Source: Epiperipatus broadwayi (Eukaryota; Animalia; Onychophora). Taken from it: a stretch of DNA of 64,000 nt. The stretch covers positions 18,848,001 through 18,912,000 of the forward strand of contig JAQFVV010000006.1 in NCBI GenBank assembly GCA_028023455.1, given 5' to 3'. The notes beneath the pieces are model-generated. The model saw only the letters and a program-made list of their open reading frames with translations. It searched no databases and was not told the DNA's origin. Both the position numbers and the translations under genes were made by a program. Shown piece by piece: positions 1 through 13,373 of this stretch; position 1 is the first letter of the stretch, and every line of letters begins with the position of its first letter.

Positions 1-3000
1 AATTCATCATGAACTAAGTTTAAATTACATCTTGAGTTATAATTTCTTTGTAATCCTCACAAAATTATATTTAAAACCATATATAATATGTCTTACCTGA
101 GATAATCCATACCTTCAGAATGTCCAAAATAAGTCACATATGAATTCTTCATTTTTATCTTGTACCCCAAAAGTTACCAAATGTCAAAGGAGTCTATAAG
201 AAAAAGATTCATCCTAATAAAAGATACAAAACAAATCATTTCCAGAAGATAGATATGCATTTGTCATCATAGCAATTGGCTTCTTGTCTATCTAAAACTA
301 GAAATTGTAGGCTACTGTCTGTATCACTGATAAAATGAGTTTTATCTCTTCATTTTATATTTTTTTGTGTACATCAGTTATGTTTATATTCTTTATGTAC
401 ACCAGTGATGCTATCTTGTTATATTTATTATATCACATAGATGTAATTTATTTGCATACAGTCCACTTGTTAGCTGTAGACTTGAAAATAATATGATAAA
501 ACATATAGCAGAGAGACTCCACAGCATGAGCATCAAGGCATAGGCAAGAATTAGAATTTGATTCTTTGCCTGTATATGCAATCTTTCTGTATATTTGATT
601 ATTCGTTTTGTAAATCATTACTTCTAAACACAAACACACTATATAAACATAATAATAAATAGTAAATTATTAAACTTTTTGAGAATCATTATTTTTATAA
701 AATAAGTGGATTAGAACTTACAAAATTACCGTAGATATGAATTCTATATGAGTATAAATAAATATATAATTAATATAGACACACACCACTACAAACTCAA
801 ATTAATAAAAATTAAATCATTTTTTCAAATAATTTTAAAAAAAAGTAAATTATTATTTTAAAAAATTAAAATTATATACTTATGGGCCTGATATTCTGCT
901 TACGTTTAGACTCCATTGAAGACATTGTTTGTGAATCAGAGTATTTTTATTCCGATAAAAGCATATATGAAGGCCGATAAGTATTTTCTGTCTTTATCGC
1001 TTCGTGGAAATTACAAAATTGATAATAAAAAATAAAAAAAATTAAATGCGCCAGTTACGGAAAAAATTAATAAAAAATCGAAATTTCATAGGATTTTTTT
1101 GTGAAAGACATCTTTAGAAAGCTACGCCGTAGATCTATCAAATGCCCATATTTCTGTTTATGTCATCCTTATAGTTTTTGCATAAGTAAAATAAGAAGAG
1201 CCAAAGCCTAAAAGAGATATAATATAAAACTGAAACTAATTTTTATCCAGCCATTGCCAAACTTAGGGCACAATATAAAAGCTTAACTCTATACACATAT
1301 ATGTAAATTATGAAATAATTACAATCGTAAAACTTAAAAAATGCTGGGATAATTATGTCAATGCTCATCATCATCAGTGCTGTTGATCACTTAAGGTCAT
1401 GAGTGCACTGGCCATGAAGCAAAGTGAAAATGTGTGGTTTTTAAAGGTGATTTTTACCTTTGCACCATCTAAATAATCATAGAAAAAAACTGGAAGCCCA
1501 CATAAACATATATCCATATATATATAAATGCTGTTATTATCCAAACTAGCTTGGAATCAGTGTGATAGTGAACAAGAACAAAGACTCATTCATAAAACAT
1601 AGTATACTCTAGTACTAAATACCTTGACAGGAATAATTTAAAATAATGACTAGTAAATTTATTAATTAGCAATAATAATAAAATGAAAGCCTTGATTGGC
1701 ACTTTAGAATGCAAAGACATCATTTTGATTTTGACTTACAAATAGATATTATTTCCATAAATTGACAAGTTCAAACAATCAAAGTTATAAAGATTTATAG
1801 ATAGTTTACAAATATACATATTGTAACAAATCTTAAATCACATTTGGATGCACACATGTACATGTCTAATAATATAAAATAATCTAATTATTAATAAACC
1901 AATATAAACTTTTATTTTAATACATAATGAATGAATTTAGATAAACATGTATACATCTAGATATGCATTGTGCATGCTTTAATACTCAATAATAATACTA
2001 TTAAATCTACTTACCAATATTCTATTTTAACAATATATAAATAACTAAAAGATAAACATACACATAAAACATGCATACACATGCTTATTTCAATGTAAAA
2101 TAAATATTTTCATTTATTAATTTTTAATTTGCAATTAAAATTATTTTTAATATCTTATTCACATAAAATCTAAAGTTTTATATGCCATTAAAATAAAACA
2201 TATTGGCCAATCCATTATAACTTTTTTTTAAAGTCTGAAATAAGTCTTTAATGAATTGTGTAATAGACTTCTAAAATAAATTCTACCTCCTTTCTGTCCT
2301 ATGGAGATTTTAAACTTTAAGAAAGATTTTCTTTACCAGCTGCTCCATTAACTTTTGGTTATTGTAAGAAATGTTGCTAGCCTTAAAAATCACACACACA
2401 CAAATCTAGGTGATATAATTCCATGGAAGATTTTCTTTTATTATCCATGTCAATATTCTCAGTTCAATATTTTTATTACTCTATTTGCTTGTATTTTATT
2501 AGTCCTAATGGTATTAACACACTGCATCACATGATCTTTCTACCCATTTCTTATGTAGTTATGACATCTAAGTAAAGTAGACATTAGACAAGGTGATAAT
2601 AGAGTCAATATTTGAAAGATTCCATAACGAGTTAGACAGTCAATGCTGAAAAACTGGCATAGCAAGTTTTGTCTGTTTGTATGTTGTTTCTTTTTTGACA
2701 TATCTCTTTGTTAAAGATGTAACATACAAATCTATCACAAGATTTTTTCTGCTTATTTTCAACATCTTCAATAGAAGCATTATTTCATCCATAATCATCT
2801 ATTGTAAGCTTGGGCAATCAGTGACTTCCAGATGTTAATACTATATCCATATCTCTAGATTAGTTTGTGACTTGGTAGTTATCAGCAGTGAGGCACAATC
2901 TCCCATTAACATCTAACAACCATCTCTATTATTTTTAAACTGTCCAAACTATTAATGTGAGATTCATACACTCATTAAACCAATTTGGTAAAATATTTAG

Positions 3001-3101
3001 GTATTTGTATAGCTATAAATATAAGTTGATATAGATTCAAAACATGGAATGTTTGAATCTAAGTCATTATCTTGGGATAGCATAAAAGAGATAAAAGTTC
3101 C

Positions 3102-4286
3102 GGTACCTTGGTATTAGAGTTACAACATGGAGCATGTATTAGACCTATTACATCTATTCACATCCGTATGAGTCCACTGATAACTTTGTAATCTTGGGAT
3201 CTTACTATAATAACATGTACATGGATCTTGTACACGACTTTTTTTGGCAAAAAAAAAATGTGTACATGGATCTTGTGCATGGTATTTTGGCAAGATTTAC
3301 AAAGTTATCGGAAGGTTTATATGAATGTGAACAGGTGCAATAGGTCTAATACATGCTCCATGTTGCAGGACTAAAAATAAATAAAAGTAAAAACATAATA
3401 AACATATTTATCATTTTCAGTAAGAAATGTATAATTTTGAACAAGACATTCAAATATGTATGATTTGGACACTAACAACTTGTAACAACAAGATTTGAAA
3501 TCAACAAAAACAAACATGTGATTTGTGATCTTAATGAAATGATATTATTCAAAAAAATTGTTAGTTTAAATAGGCACTAAATAAACAGTAAATGATTTTG
3601 GTTTTTAAATAATATTTATAAAAAGACATTAACTATATGTACGACTTTCACACTAACAACTTTTAAGAACTACATTCCCATTCAAAAAAAAATCGATTTG
3701 CGATCTTAATGAAATGATGCCATTACACAAAAAAAATTGTTACTAAACAAACAGTAAATGATTTTGGTTTTAAATAATATTTATAAAAACACATTAAGTA
3801 TACTTCTACAATATTTACTGTGTAATATATAACAGGAATAGTCACCTTGTAATAAAATATTTAATATTACCACAGAAAATGGAGAGCTTTACTAAAAATT
3901 TTCCCTCTGAAAGTTTAGCGCATGATTGCAGAATATGCTGGGATTTTCAAAAGAAATGCTAATAAACGTATTTTTTTTATAAACAACTTAAACCAAAAAA
4001 AGAAAAGAACAAAAACCATTAAAAAAAATACATATTAATAATGAGACTTTTATTAGGTTTTTATCCTGGTGGGACCATTTCTTTTATATCATTAAATATG
4101 GCAGAAAGAAATCTGGACAATAACTGAAAATTAAAAATATTGCATTGATAAAAATAAAAACATTTCCACATATATACTAGAAGGTTTATTTCCTTTCAAT
4201 TTGAAGTCATCGTGACATTACACATTTATTGTGGTTGTGAAAAGTTCTCCTATCTCCCCTACATTGCAGCTCTAATACCAAAGTTC
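3102..4286. mobile_element. Non-autonomous Merlin-like DNA transposon (GGTAC-TIR family, copy 1)
   Basis: Left TIR ggtaccttggtattag..., right end ...tgcagctctaataccaaagttc. Colinear with 16485-17954. Terminal hairpin at 3115-3373 and internal tandem duplication at ~3468-3800. Sequence at ~3930-4090 resembles the 3' end of the Merlin transposase locus at 24.85-25.0 kb. Confidence 0.75.
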
Positions 4287-4515
4287 TCTACTAGATATGT
4301 GAATGCAATCTTGTTTCTCACAGGAAGATAGTTAATAGTCAGAAGCTTGTCTGAGAATTTGAATGTAATATTACCATCAGGTGCTCATTTTAAGTAAATA
4401 ACATATACTTGGTATTAATTTTTATTATTGTTACTTCAAATATTTGCAGTGTATTTTTTTTTTTTTACAATTAGTATTTATTTAAACAGTAAAGATTTTT
4501 TATCCTACCATATCA

Positions 4516-4706
4516 GCTGTACTGTTTTTTTATAATATTTCAACGATGTCGTGTTGAGTATTGAAGAAAAACTAAGACACAAGATAGAGACTTTGAAAGA
4601 TAACAGCTGCTCTTATCTTTGCAAAAGTCTCTATCTTGCATCTTAGTTCGAGAGTTTCCTCAATACTCAAGAATACATTATTGAGGTGTTATAAAAACAG
4701 TACAGC
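4516..4706. repeat. ~190-bp imperfect palindrome (MITE-like)
   Basis: gctgtactgttttt...ttgagtattga...actaagacacaagatagagactttg is mirrored by caaaagtctctatcttgcatcttagt...tcaatactcaa...aaaaacagtacagc. Confidence 0.7.
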
Positions 4707-5000
4707 ACATGTTTTTACTGTGTCAGTGCTAGCAAATAAAATCAAATGTTATATAATTAGTATTTATACAAATTCTTTGTTATTATGTATGTATGTATGT
4801 AGATGTAAAGAATTTGATTCAAATTATTAACATGTTAAAATACATTGTTGTTAAGGATAGCACAAGAAGTGATAAACTACTACTGGAAATAATCAGGTGG
4901 TATTGTTTGGTTAACTGTTATTTTATGCACTGATATAATAAGCCATTTTATCTTTTATTATATTTTGAATTTTATACATTTTTTTATTATTGTTTTTTAG

Positions 5001-5096
5001 AGAGTTCGAGCTGATTTTGATGCCCAGAAAGAAAAAATTGAACAGTTAGAGTCAGAAATTCAAGATTTGAGTAATCAGCCACTAAATGATATGGAG
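5001..5096 (+). CDS. Myo18: Myosin-XVIII (MYO18A-like) coiled-coil tail, internal exon 1 of 6 in window
   Basis: Preceded by tgttttttAG, followed by GTaaat; 96 nt, phase 0: RVRADFDAQKEKIEQLESEIQDLSNQPLNDME. Resembles the MYO18A segment ...VVSLEAELQDISSQESKDE and joins in frame to the next exon. Confidence 0.8.
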
Positions 5097-5967
5097 GTAA
5101 ATTGTGATTTTTATTTTATATTTTATAATGGATTAGGAGTCGGTACATATAAGTAGAGAGGGATTAAATTCATAATAAGACTATAACCAGAAAGGGTATT
5201 GAAATTTAAGTCTAATGCATATGATTGATTTCTTTTCTGAGTAATTCAATAAACTATGATTGAGTCCTTTTCAAGCAATTCAGTAAACTAAATAGCATAG
5301 GTCAGATAAATGGTGATAATCACAATACTTGCTAACTGATCTTAAATGTACTTTCACATGCCTAAATAACCATGCCAGTCTTCAATTGTAGGTCTTGGAG
5401 AACTTAAATTCTTATAGCATTTTTTTATCAATTAATCATCAGGTAAGCGATGGTGATGACTTGCATTTAGTATTGATAATATTACAGGAGTGTCATCTGT
5501 AATTAGATTATAGGTCCATGAAGACCATGTAACCAATCTATTTCATTCAAACTATTAGACTAGCTTTATATGTGTTGGTAACTTATTCCATTGCTAAATT
5601 TGAGGCTTAATATTTGATTATCACACATGTTGTCTATTATTGTATATTTCAAAAAATTGGGAATAAAGAAATACAACAGTTTTAAACATTAATTAAAACA
5701 ATTTAATGATATGGCAATATCCATATCAATTTTAAAATGATTCTAAGAATTAATATATATTCTTGATATCCATTTCTGCTATGATAGATATCAGTCTAAG
5801 ATATATACATGAAGCTTGATATTCCATAAAAAACAATATACTGACATACAATTCTTAAATATAAATAGTGGAATTTTAACTTGGTATGTTTTGTATATTT
5901 GTCCTCCATTCCATCTCAAGCAACTGATATATGTGACCAACATACATGTGGAAAAGATAAATGATTT

Positions 5968-6009
5968 CCAATATACATATTTCATGCAGAATCAGCACTC
6001 ATCGGTTGG
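5968..6009 (-). ncRNA. Decayed minimal hammerhead-ribozyme motif (PLE-type, family 1)
   Basis: Minus strand: ccaa-CCGATGA-gtgc tgattct gcat-GAAA-tatgta-tattgg. Core has U4>C. Part of a repeat (5910-6040) shared with 7300-7440. Confidence 0.4.
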
Positions 6010-7350
6010 GCCAGATCATAATCTCACACTTATTTACAGATATTAACAATTTTTTTCTCTTTTTGAAATTAAAATAGGGGTCTCTAATCTTACTAAATAT
6101 ATTAAATGAACAAGAGAAACAAAATACTGCATTCCAAATATTAATAAAACACTAAATGATCAATAATGATGTACATAATAGAATAAATAAGTAAATAAAA
6201 AAAACTCTTAAATATAATTCAAATTAGTAATAAAAAATATGAACTTGATTAAATGAATAAATGTAAATGTTGTCCTGTAGTTGATTTTTAGAATCTGTAT
6301 TGTAATTCAACTTCAGAAATTAATACATGACTTATTTGAATTTTCCAGGCTAGTTTAATTTGTGTCACATTATGGATTCTTCAAATTTTTACAAGTATGT
6401 TTTTTGATCAACTATTCTTATGTTGACAGATTTTTTTTCTGCTTTGAGACTTTTTTTTTTGACAATTGAATTTCACCATTATAGATGGAGATTTGGCAGA
6501 TAGAATCTTCACACTCAATCATATGAAAAATTCAACAAATGGAGACAATATTTTGGAAGATCCAGAAAAGGCTACATCTCATCAGGATTATATAAATAGG
6601 GGGTGTAGGGTTCATTTCACTGACCATAGTTAATGATGTAACAGAACTTCAGCTTTACCGATCTTTTTATCTCATAGTAACTCTCTATTAAACTGCAAAA
6701 CCGATATGTAGAAATAATTTGCATAAATTTGATATGCAACTACAAAATGCTGGAACATTAATTCTTCTCCAGTGTTTGAAACCCTAGTTAAATACTTTTT
6801 CAACCTATGACCCAATTAAATATGGAAAGGGGGGGGGTACAATTTTACTAATTAAGTGCGTGTTTTTAGATTAATCAAATTCTAAAACAACTATTCACCT
6901 TAAAATAATTTAAGTTTTTGTATCAAAATCATTTTTTTAAATATAAATTTTCATTTTTCTGAATTATTTTTTTATAAAAATTATTATAAATTTGAATGAT
7001 ATCATTAATACTTATAAAAATACTAGTTTTGTTATCTTCTATACTTATAAACATTTCTCCCCATTTGTTAATAAATAGAAATTATGAATAATAGACAATA
7101 TTTTATCTTTTATTACACTTTAGTAGTTTTTATAATACATATTTAAAATCAATAAAACAAACTTATTTGTTCATTATTCAACTTTTATTTTTGTAAGTAA
7201 AGAAATAATCCATGTTTTTGAGCATTTCCCCCTTCGTATTTTTACTTAACTACAGATTCGAACTCAGACTTTCACACGACCCACAACTGTCAGTGCCATC
7301 TCATATTGCTGACCCACCTGATCACACACATGTTGAAAAGATAAATAATA

Positions 7351-7394
7351 ACCAATATAAGTATTTCATGCTAAACCAGCAATCATCAGTTGGT
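7351..7394 (-). ncRNA. Minimal hammerhead-ribozyme motif (PLE-type, family 1), core intact, cleavage triplet decayed
   Basis: Minus strand: accaa-CTGATGA-t tgct ggttt agca t-GAAA-tactta-tattggt. Lies in the left arm of inverted repeat 7318-7393 / 7561-7638. Confidence 0.5.
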
Positions 7395-7560
7395 CTAGAT
7401 TACATCCTCACACATATATATAATCAGTGCTCAGCTTTATATTAAGATAGCCAATCTTCATACTTTAATGGACAGGCTTCAAACTATTCCAACTCACTAA
7501 TTTTTAGCCTTCCATTTCATTGAAAATCTGATGATGGAACATTCAAAGCCCTTGTTAGTA

Positions 7561-7638
7561 CCAAGGATGATGATTGCTGATTTAGCATGAAATATATATA
7601 TTGGTGATTATTTATCTTTTCAATATGTGTGTGACCAG
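7561..7638 (+). repeat. Right arm of head-to-head inverted repeat carrying a broken hammerhead motif (ATGATGA...GAAA)
   Basis: Reverse complement of 7318-7393 with few mismatches; ends exactly where the LINE RT sequence begins (7639). Confidence 0.75.
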
Positions 7639-9071
7639 ATCTGTAGAAACTAATTTGCTAACAATTTATGATCATATAGCTCATGCAATTGAGGACCAGC
7701 AGAGACTTGATGTTATTTATTTTGATTTATCAAAAGCTTTTGATAAAATAGACCACAGTATTCTTCTTCACAAATTATATCAAATGGATTTTTCTACTAA
7801 GCTTGTTTATTGGTTTCCCTTTCTTCATGGTCGTACTGCATATATTAAATTTAATAATACTATTTCAGCTAATTTTAAATGTAATTTGGGAGTTCCTCAG
7901 GGTAGTATTTTAGCACCTATGCTTTTTAGCATTTATATGAATGACCTTTAGGATTGCTTAAAATCTTCTTATCTTTTCTGCTATGCAGATGACTGTAAAA
8001 TCTTTAGAAGAATCACATCTGTGTTTGATTGCACTCTTCTTCAAAAGGATATAGATAATTTTAGTGCTTGATGTGATCTAAATAATATAAATGTTAATTT
8101 CAGTAAATGTTCCTTAGTCTCATATTCTAAAAAATCTGAAGTTTTGCATTTTTCTTATTTTATTAATTCTCACAAAATTGCTTCCGTTGAATTCCAAAAA
8201 GATTTGGGAGTTATATTTTCTAATAATGGATCCATTCTTCCTCATTTGGAAATGATTATTGGTAAGGCTTTAAAAATTATAGGTACTATTCTAAGGTTTG
8301 GTTATCATTTCAGTGGTGATACAAAATTTAAATTATTTTTATCATTGGTTCTTCCCATCACTGAATATTGTTCAGTCATTTGGAATCCTAGCTCTAAACA
8401 GGGATGTAATTTATTACAATCAGTCTCTAATAATTTTTCTAAATATGTTTCTTTGGGAAATAAAATTGTTGTTCATCTTTCTTCTAGAAGACAATATAGA
8501 GATCTTAAATATCTTTATAAACTTGTTAATAAAATAGTTCTTTTATCTAACACAATTTCTACTGTTATAATTAGATCTCATCTGCATGATACTCAGTCAG
8601 CTTCTGTTTGTTACATTAAAACTTGTCATTCCAATGTTCTTAGATTTTCTCCTTTATTTAGGCTACCATCTTTATATAATCAGATTTGTAGTAATATTAA
8701 TTACTTCAATTTAGATTATAATCAATTTTGTAATGTTATTAGATTTAAATGCCAGATTTGATTGGTTTAACTTGATTTTGTTATATATATATATATTTGT
8801 TAAATTGTTTTTTTTTATTATTTTGTTATGTGTTTTATATTTATCCCTTTTATTTATTTGTTATTATTAATGTCTTAATAATAATTGTTTATATGCTGAT
8901 GTTTAATTTTACTTTAGATTTTTAAATGTGTTAATTATCATTTATTAAAATATGACACATACTTATATTAATAATTTGTCATTTAAACTCATTTATGTAT
9001 TTATATATTTGTTATGGTACAATACTGTAATTGGCTTTATGCTGTAGTTTTGTACGGTAAATAAATTGAAT

Positions 9072-9139
<68 letters not shown>

Positions 9140-9312
9140 GTGTTAATTATCTTTTATTGAAATATGGCACATAATTATATTAATAATTTGTCATTTAAAC
9201 TCATTTATGTATTTATATATTTGTTATGGTGCAATACTGTAATAGGCTTTATGCTGTAGTTTTGTACGGTAAATAAATGAATTGAATTGAATTATTATTA
9301 TTATTATTATTA
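7639..9312 (+). mobile_element. 5'-truncated CR1/L2-like non-LTR retrotransposon (RT pseudogene + 3' UTR + microsatellite tail)
   Basis: RSVETNL, YFDLSKAFDKIDH, GVPQGSILAPMLFSIYMNDL, YADDCKIF, KDLGVIF, EYCSVIWNP motifs with stops and frameshifts. The 3' end reads ...ctgtaattggc...gtaaataaattgaattgaa(taa)n, and the last ~150 bp is duplicated. Confidence 0.9.
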
Positions 9313-9369
9313 TTTGACTTACAATAGCCATATTTATTTAAGAGTGGCTTTAAATAATATATGAAATTA

Positions 9370-9620
9370 GAAATAGGAAAGTTTGTTATGTCAGATGTAC
9401 TAATGATGAGGTAGTATTTTCCAATGGTGAGTATGAGCTTAACAAAATATTACATAGAATTGACAAAACTTATACATATGTTAGAATGAATATAAATACA
9501 AATAAAACTAATGAAAACAGGTGTGAGAATAAATGAGTAGGCATTAGATAAGAAATTTTAGAACAGATTATGTTGTTTTAAATCTTTGGAATATTGATTA
9601 ATAATAAATGAATATTATCA
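9370..9620 (+). mobile_element. Highly decayed RTE-like RT fragment
   Basis: Translates to YVRCTNDEVVFSNGEYELNKILHRIDKTYTYVRMNINTNKT...ILEQIMLF*IFGILI, resembling the RTE LRYADD...LQ..L...G..IN..KTK...LEQV..F.YLG pattern. Confidence 0.45.
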
Positions 9621-12600
9621 GTAAATAAATAGTTTTTCACTAAAAGTAACAGCTTATTCTGGGACTCATTGAAATTAAAGTTAAGAAAGTTTCATGATAA
9701 ATGTTTTTTTTTAATATAACCGTAAACCATCACACAGTGTGACCTCTGTTTACATCATACTTTTCAGCAACAATTTTTTTTTGTCATTACTTTTATCACT
9801 TAATGTAAGCTTTAATAATCAATAGATGACTGATGGTAGTGCTTATTAAATCCATATCCAGAGTTGTCCTATCCAATATACTATACAAGAAAATTGGCTT
9901 GGATTGAGCTATATAGTAAAACAAACAATGTACTAGTCTGGGGATGTTGGATAGGGCATCACTGAATAAGGATTTAATAAGAATTATCATCTGGCATTTA
10001 CTGATTACTAAAGCTTATGCTAGATTGCATAAATATAGTGAGAGAGAAAGAATTTACTGCTGAAGTGCTTTAAAGATATGCATTTGGATACAAATGAAAA
10101 AGATAATTGGAAACTTTAACATTTCCTCTGATAAAGTAAAAAAACTTATTTTATTGAATCAATTATGAAGAGGAACTACATTGGTATAAACGTAGAGACA
10201 AAGAAATTATCAAAGATGTATTTGACAGGACTGCAGAGAACATAATAAAGAATTTGGTTCATGATCTTAAGGAGAGAAATAGGTATAAGTTTTGGCATAG
10301 AGAGCAAGAAATAGGAAGATGTAATGTTCTGATTTAAAATGTGGGGTTTGTTTTATACAACAGATAATTGATAGCTATTGATTGTAACTTTTTTATTTTA
10401 AAATTATAATAAATAGCCTGAAAAGCTGATCTTTAAAGTATTAATAGAATATTTTAAAAAATCATGTTGCCATTTTATATGCGTGTGTATGCGTAAAACA
10501 TTGCATCAGACACACATGCCTCCATCTTAATTGCTATATAAATCGAGATTGGTCGATAAAATGAATCTAAATTATTATTTTGTAATAAACTGATTTATTA
10601 ACCGTTTTGAGGTCAAAGGAAATTAATATTCTGAACTTTGTAAAATATTTACATTTTTATATTTATTGCTAAATCAATCTGATAATTGTTTACTCAAAGA
10701 CCGTTACATGGGAAGTGAAAGGATGATCTAAAAACTGAATTTCCTTTTGTTTTATTATTATGTAGAATGAAGTGAAAAATAATGCTAGAGAACTGGTAGG
10801 AAATATATTTTGTTTTAATATTAAATTTTGTTTATTATAAAGTTTGTAATTTTAAATAAAAAAAAGTTATGCCTAAAATTAAAATATATATATATAATCC
10901 AGTAAAAAAAAAAAAAAATTGATTAAATTCTATCATAAAAATTAAGTAATAAGATTTTGTGCAATTAACTTTATTCCTCTTTTATTTATTTTTTATTTAT
11001 ATAATTTGATTTTACTGTTGTATATTTCTGCGTATGCTGATGTGCTCCATTTCCATATTGTGCATTAAATGAAATTAAAATTAAGAATGATTTTTCTGTT
11101 TTGTGTGAATAAATGAGTTATTATTGTTTGGTTAATTGAACTTTTGCTTTCAATCTGACATTAGTTGTTTAAATATCACACAACCTCCAAGGAACTAATC
11201 CTTCAAATATTTTTGATCAAGCGTTTAAATGAAGTAAATTTTTAATAGATGGTATTTTATGAAGATATGAATAATGCTTTGGGCTAATAATAATTACACG
11301 ATATACTCCACCATCCCGATGATGATGATAATGTCCTTCGGCTAAGCTGTATTATAATTATATTCACTACCGGAAACATGCATTAAAATAAAAGGGAACT
11401 AAAATAATGACAAAGGCAGATTATCATAATAGACAAATTAAGAAGAGGAGAATCTCACTCTCACAATTTTTAAATGAAGTAACCCATATTAAAAATGCAT
11501 CCCTAAGTAGCAAATATATCATATAGAATACTAGAGGAATTTCTTCTCTTATACTTTCTTTAAATATCTTGAAAACAGATGTTAATCACTAAAGAAAACT
11601 TTTTGCCATGATTTGATCTGAGATAATAAATTAAGAGCTAATATACTTTTCTCATAGTACAATTGTCTATAATTGATTTTTTAATGCCACACTATTAATA
11701 TTTGCAACAATAAAAGTAATTTGGATAATCATAAAATAATTTGTGATAATCTGTTTATCTAAAAATTTTAGGTATTAATTGTCATATCATGTTGTTGAAT
11801 AAATGAATGACATCCTAATAGACTAAAGAAGACATACACTTCTCTTATAAGTTAATGTATCCCAGCATACAATAATAATAATTAATTAAAGAAATATTTA
11901 ATTTAACTATCAAATGCATAAAACAATATAATGCGGAAAAATCAAAGTATCTATCCATGGTGACATTCGAGATCTAGAATGGAAAGGATACCTTTTATTT
12001 CATTCTAATACTCATCGATAACAATTTGAAATCAACTTTTGAAATAATGTAATCTTCATTGTAGAATAATTAAATATTATGTAGTCTTAAATTAAAATCG
12101 ATTCAAAGTAAATCAAAATAAATCATTTTATTTTAAATTCGACTCCAACCTTTGGAACTGTAATTCTTTGCATCTTTAAGTTTGGATCTGTATATTATGA
12201 AGATTGTTTATATGATTTAAACCAAAATTTATATAACATAATTAATAACTCAGGACTCAAGAAATCATGTATAGAAACAAAGACTAAAATTTGATAACAA
12301 TAAAAAACATTTATTGACAGCTGGCATTAAATTCACTTTATACAAAATTCAATAACAAAATTTTACAGAAAAGAAAGATCATTTGCAAACATAGGCGCTG
12401 TTTTGTTCTTCAAGATGCATAAATAATAAACAAAAATAATCCTTTATCCATTTGCAAACCAATCCATTATTTACAAACATTTGAATAGTTCCGTTAACTA
12501 AAACTTATTAATTTTTGACTAAACATCTAATTTGGCTAAACGCTTATTTTTATTCGATTAAACACTTGTATTAAAGTAAAACAATTTGCTATCATGTTGA

Positions 12601-12727
12601 CTTCTAAACATAAGATTCATGTTATTCTATTGTTATATAATAATCACTTACTAAGACTTTTAAAAATATAATTTACAATAATATTTGAGATATACTTTCA
12701 TGTTCAGTTGGCTACTATTGATTAGCA

Positions 12728-13094
12728 CAGTGGTCCCCAATCTTTTTGCACTTAAGAGCACATTCTATAATACCGGCCAAGTGGCATGCACCATTTATTT
12801 TTTAATGTAAATTTATAATTGGATATTGTTAATAATACACATAATGTACAAAAAAATATTTATTTCAAAAATAAAATTTTAACATATAATTAATGTTTAT
12901 ATTTTTACGCTGTAAAAGTATAGTATGCCCTACAATTTGATCACAATATAAGACAATAATTTATAAGAAATTTTAAAAATTAAATTTATTTATGTCAGAT
13001 AAATAATTTTTTATCGTGTTCGGATAGCGGCAGGCACAGATAAAATGGTCTGCGTGCGCCATGGTGCCCGCGGGCATAGGGTTGGGGACCCCTG
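12728..13094. mobile_element. hAT (Charlie/Buster-type) MITE
   Basis: TIRs CAGTGGTCCCCAA / TTGGGGACCCCTG with a perfect 8-bp TSD GATTAGCA (central TA) on both sides. Confidence 0.92.
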
Positions 13095-13221
13095 GATTAG
13101 CATATCAACTAGTAATTTTCTATTTATAAAAAATTAAAATAAAATTACAAAACTTAACTCTTAAATGATATATGGCTACACATTTCTTTCAGATTGTCAT
13201 GATAATACTAATTATCATACA

Positions 13222-13373
13222 ACATATAGATAAACAAGACATTTATTTTATATAGCATGATGTTTTTATATAGTGACATCTACAAAGTGCATGTGCATTA
13301 GCTTATTGGTTATTGGTATTACAGTTTATAAAAACATCGCGCTATATAAAATAAAGGTCTTGTTTACATATGT
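13222..13373. repeat. ~150-bp palindrome (MITE-like); its spacer recurs at ~13601-13660
   Basis: acatatagataaacaagacatttattttatatagcatgatgtttttata is mirrored by tataaaaacatcgcgctatataaaataaaggtcttgtttacatatgt. Confidence 0.7.

Noticed and set aside
7601-8761. In-frame TAG/TGA in RT as evidence of an alternative genetic code
   Set aside because: Frameshifts accompany the stops and the host exons are clean under the standard code; this is ordinary pseudogenisation.
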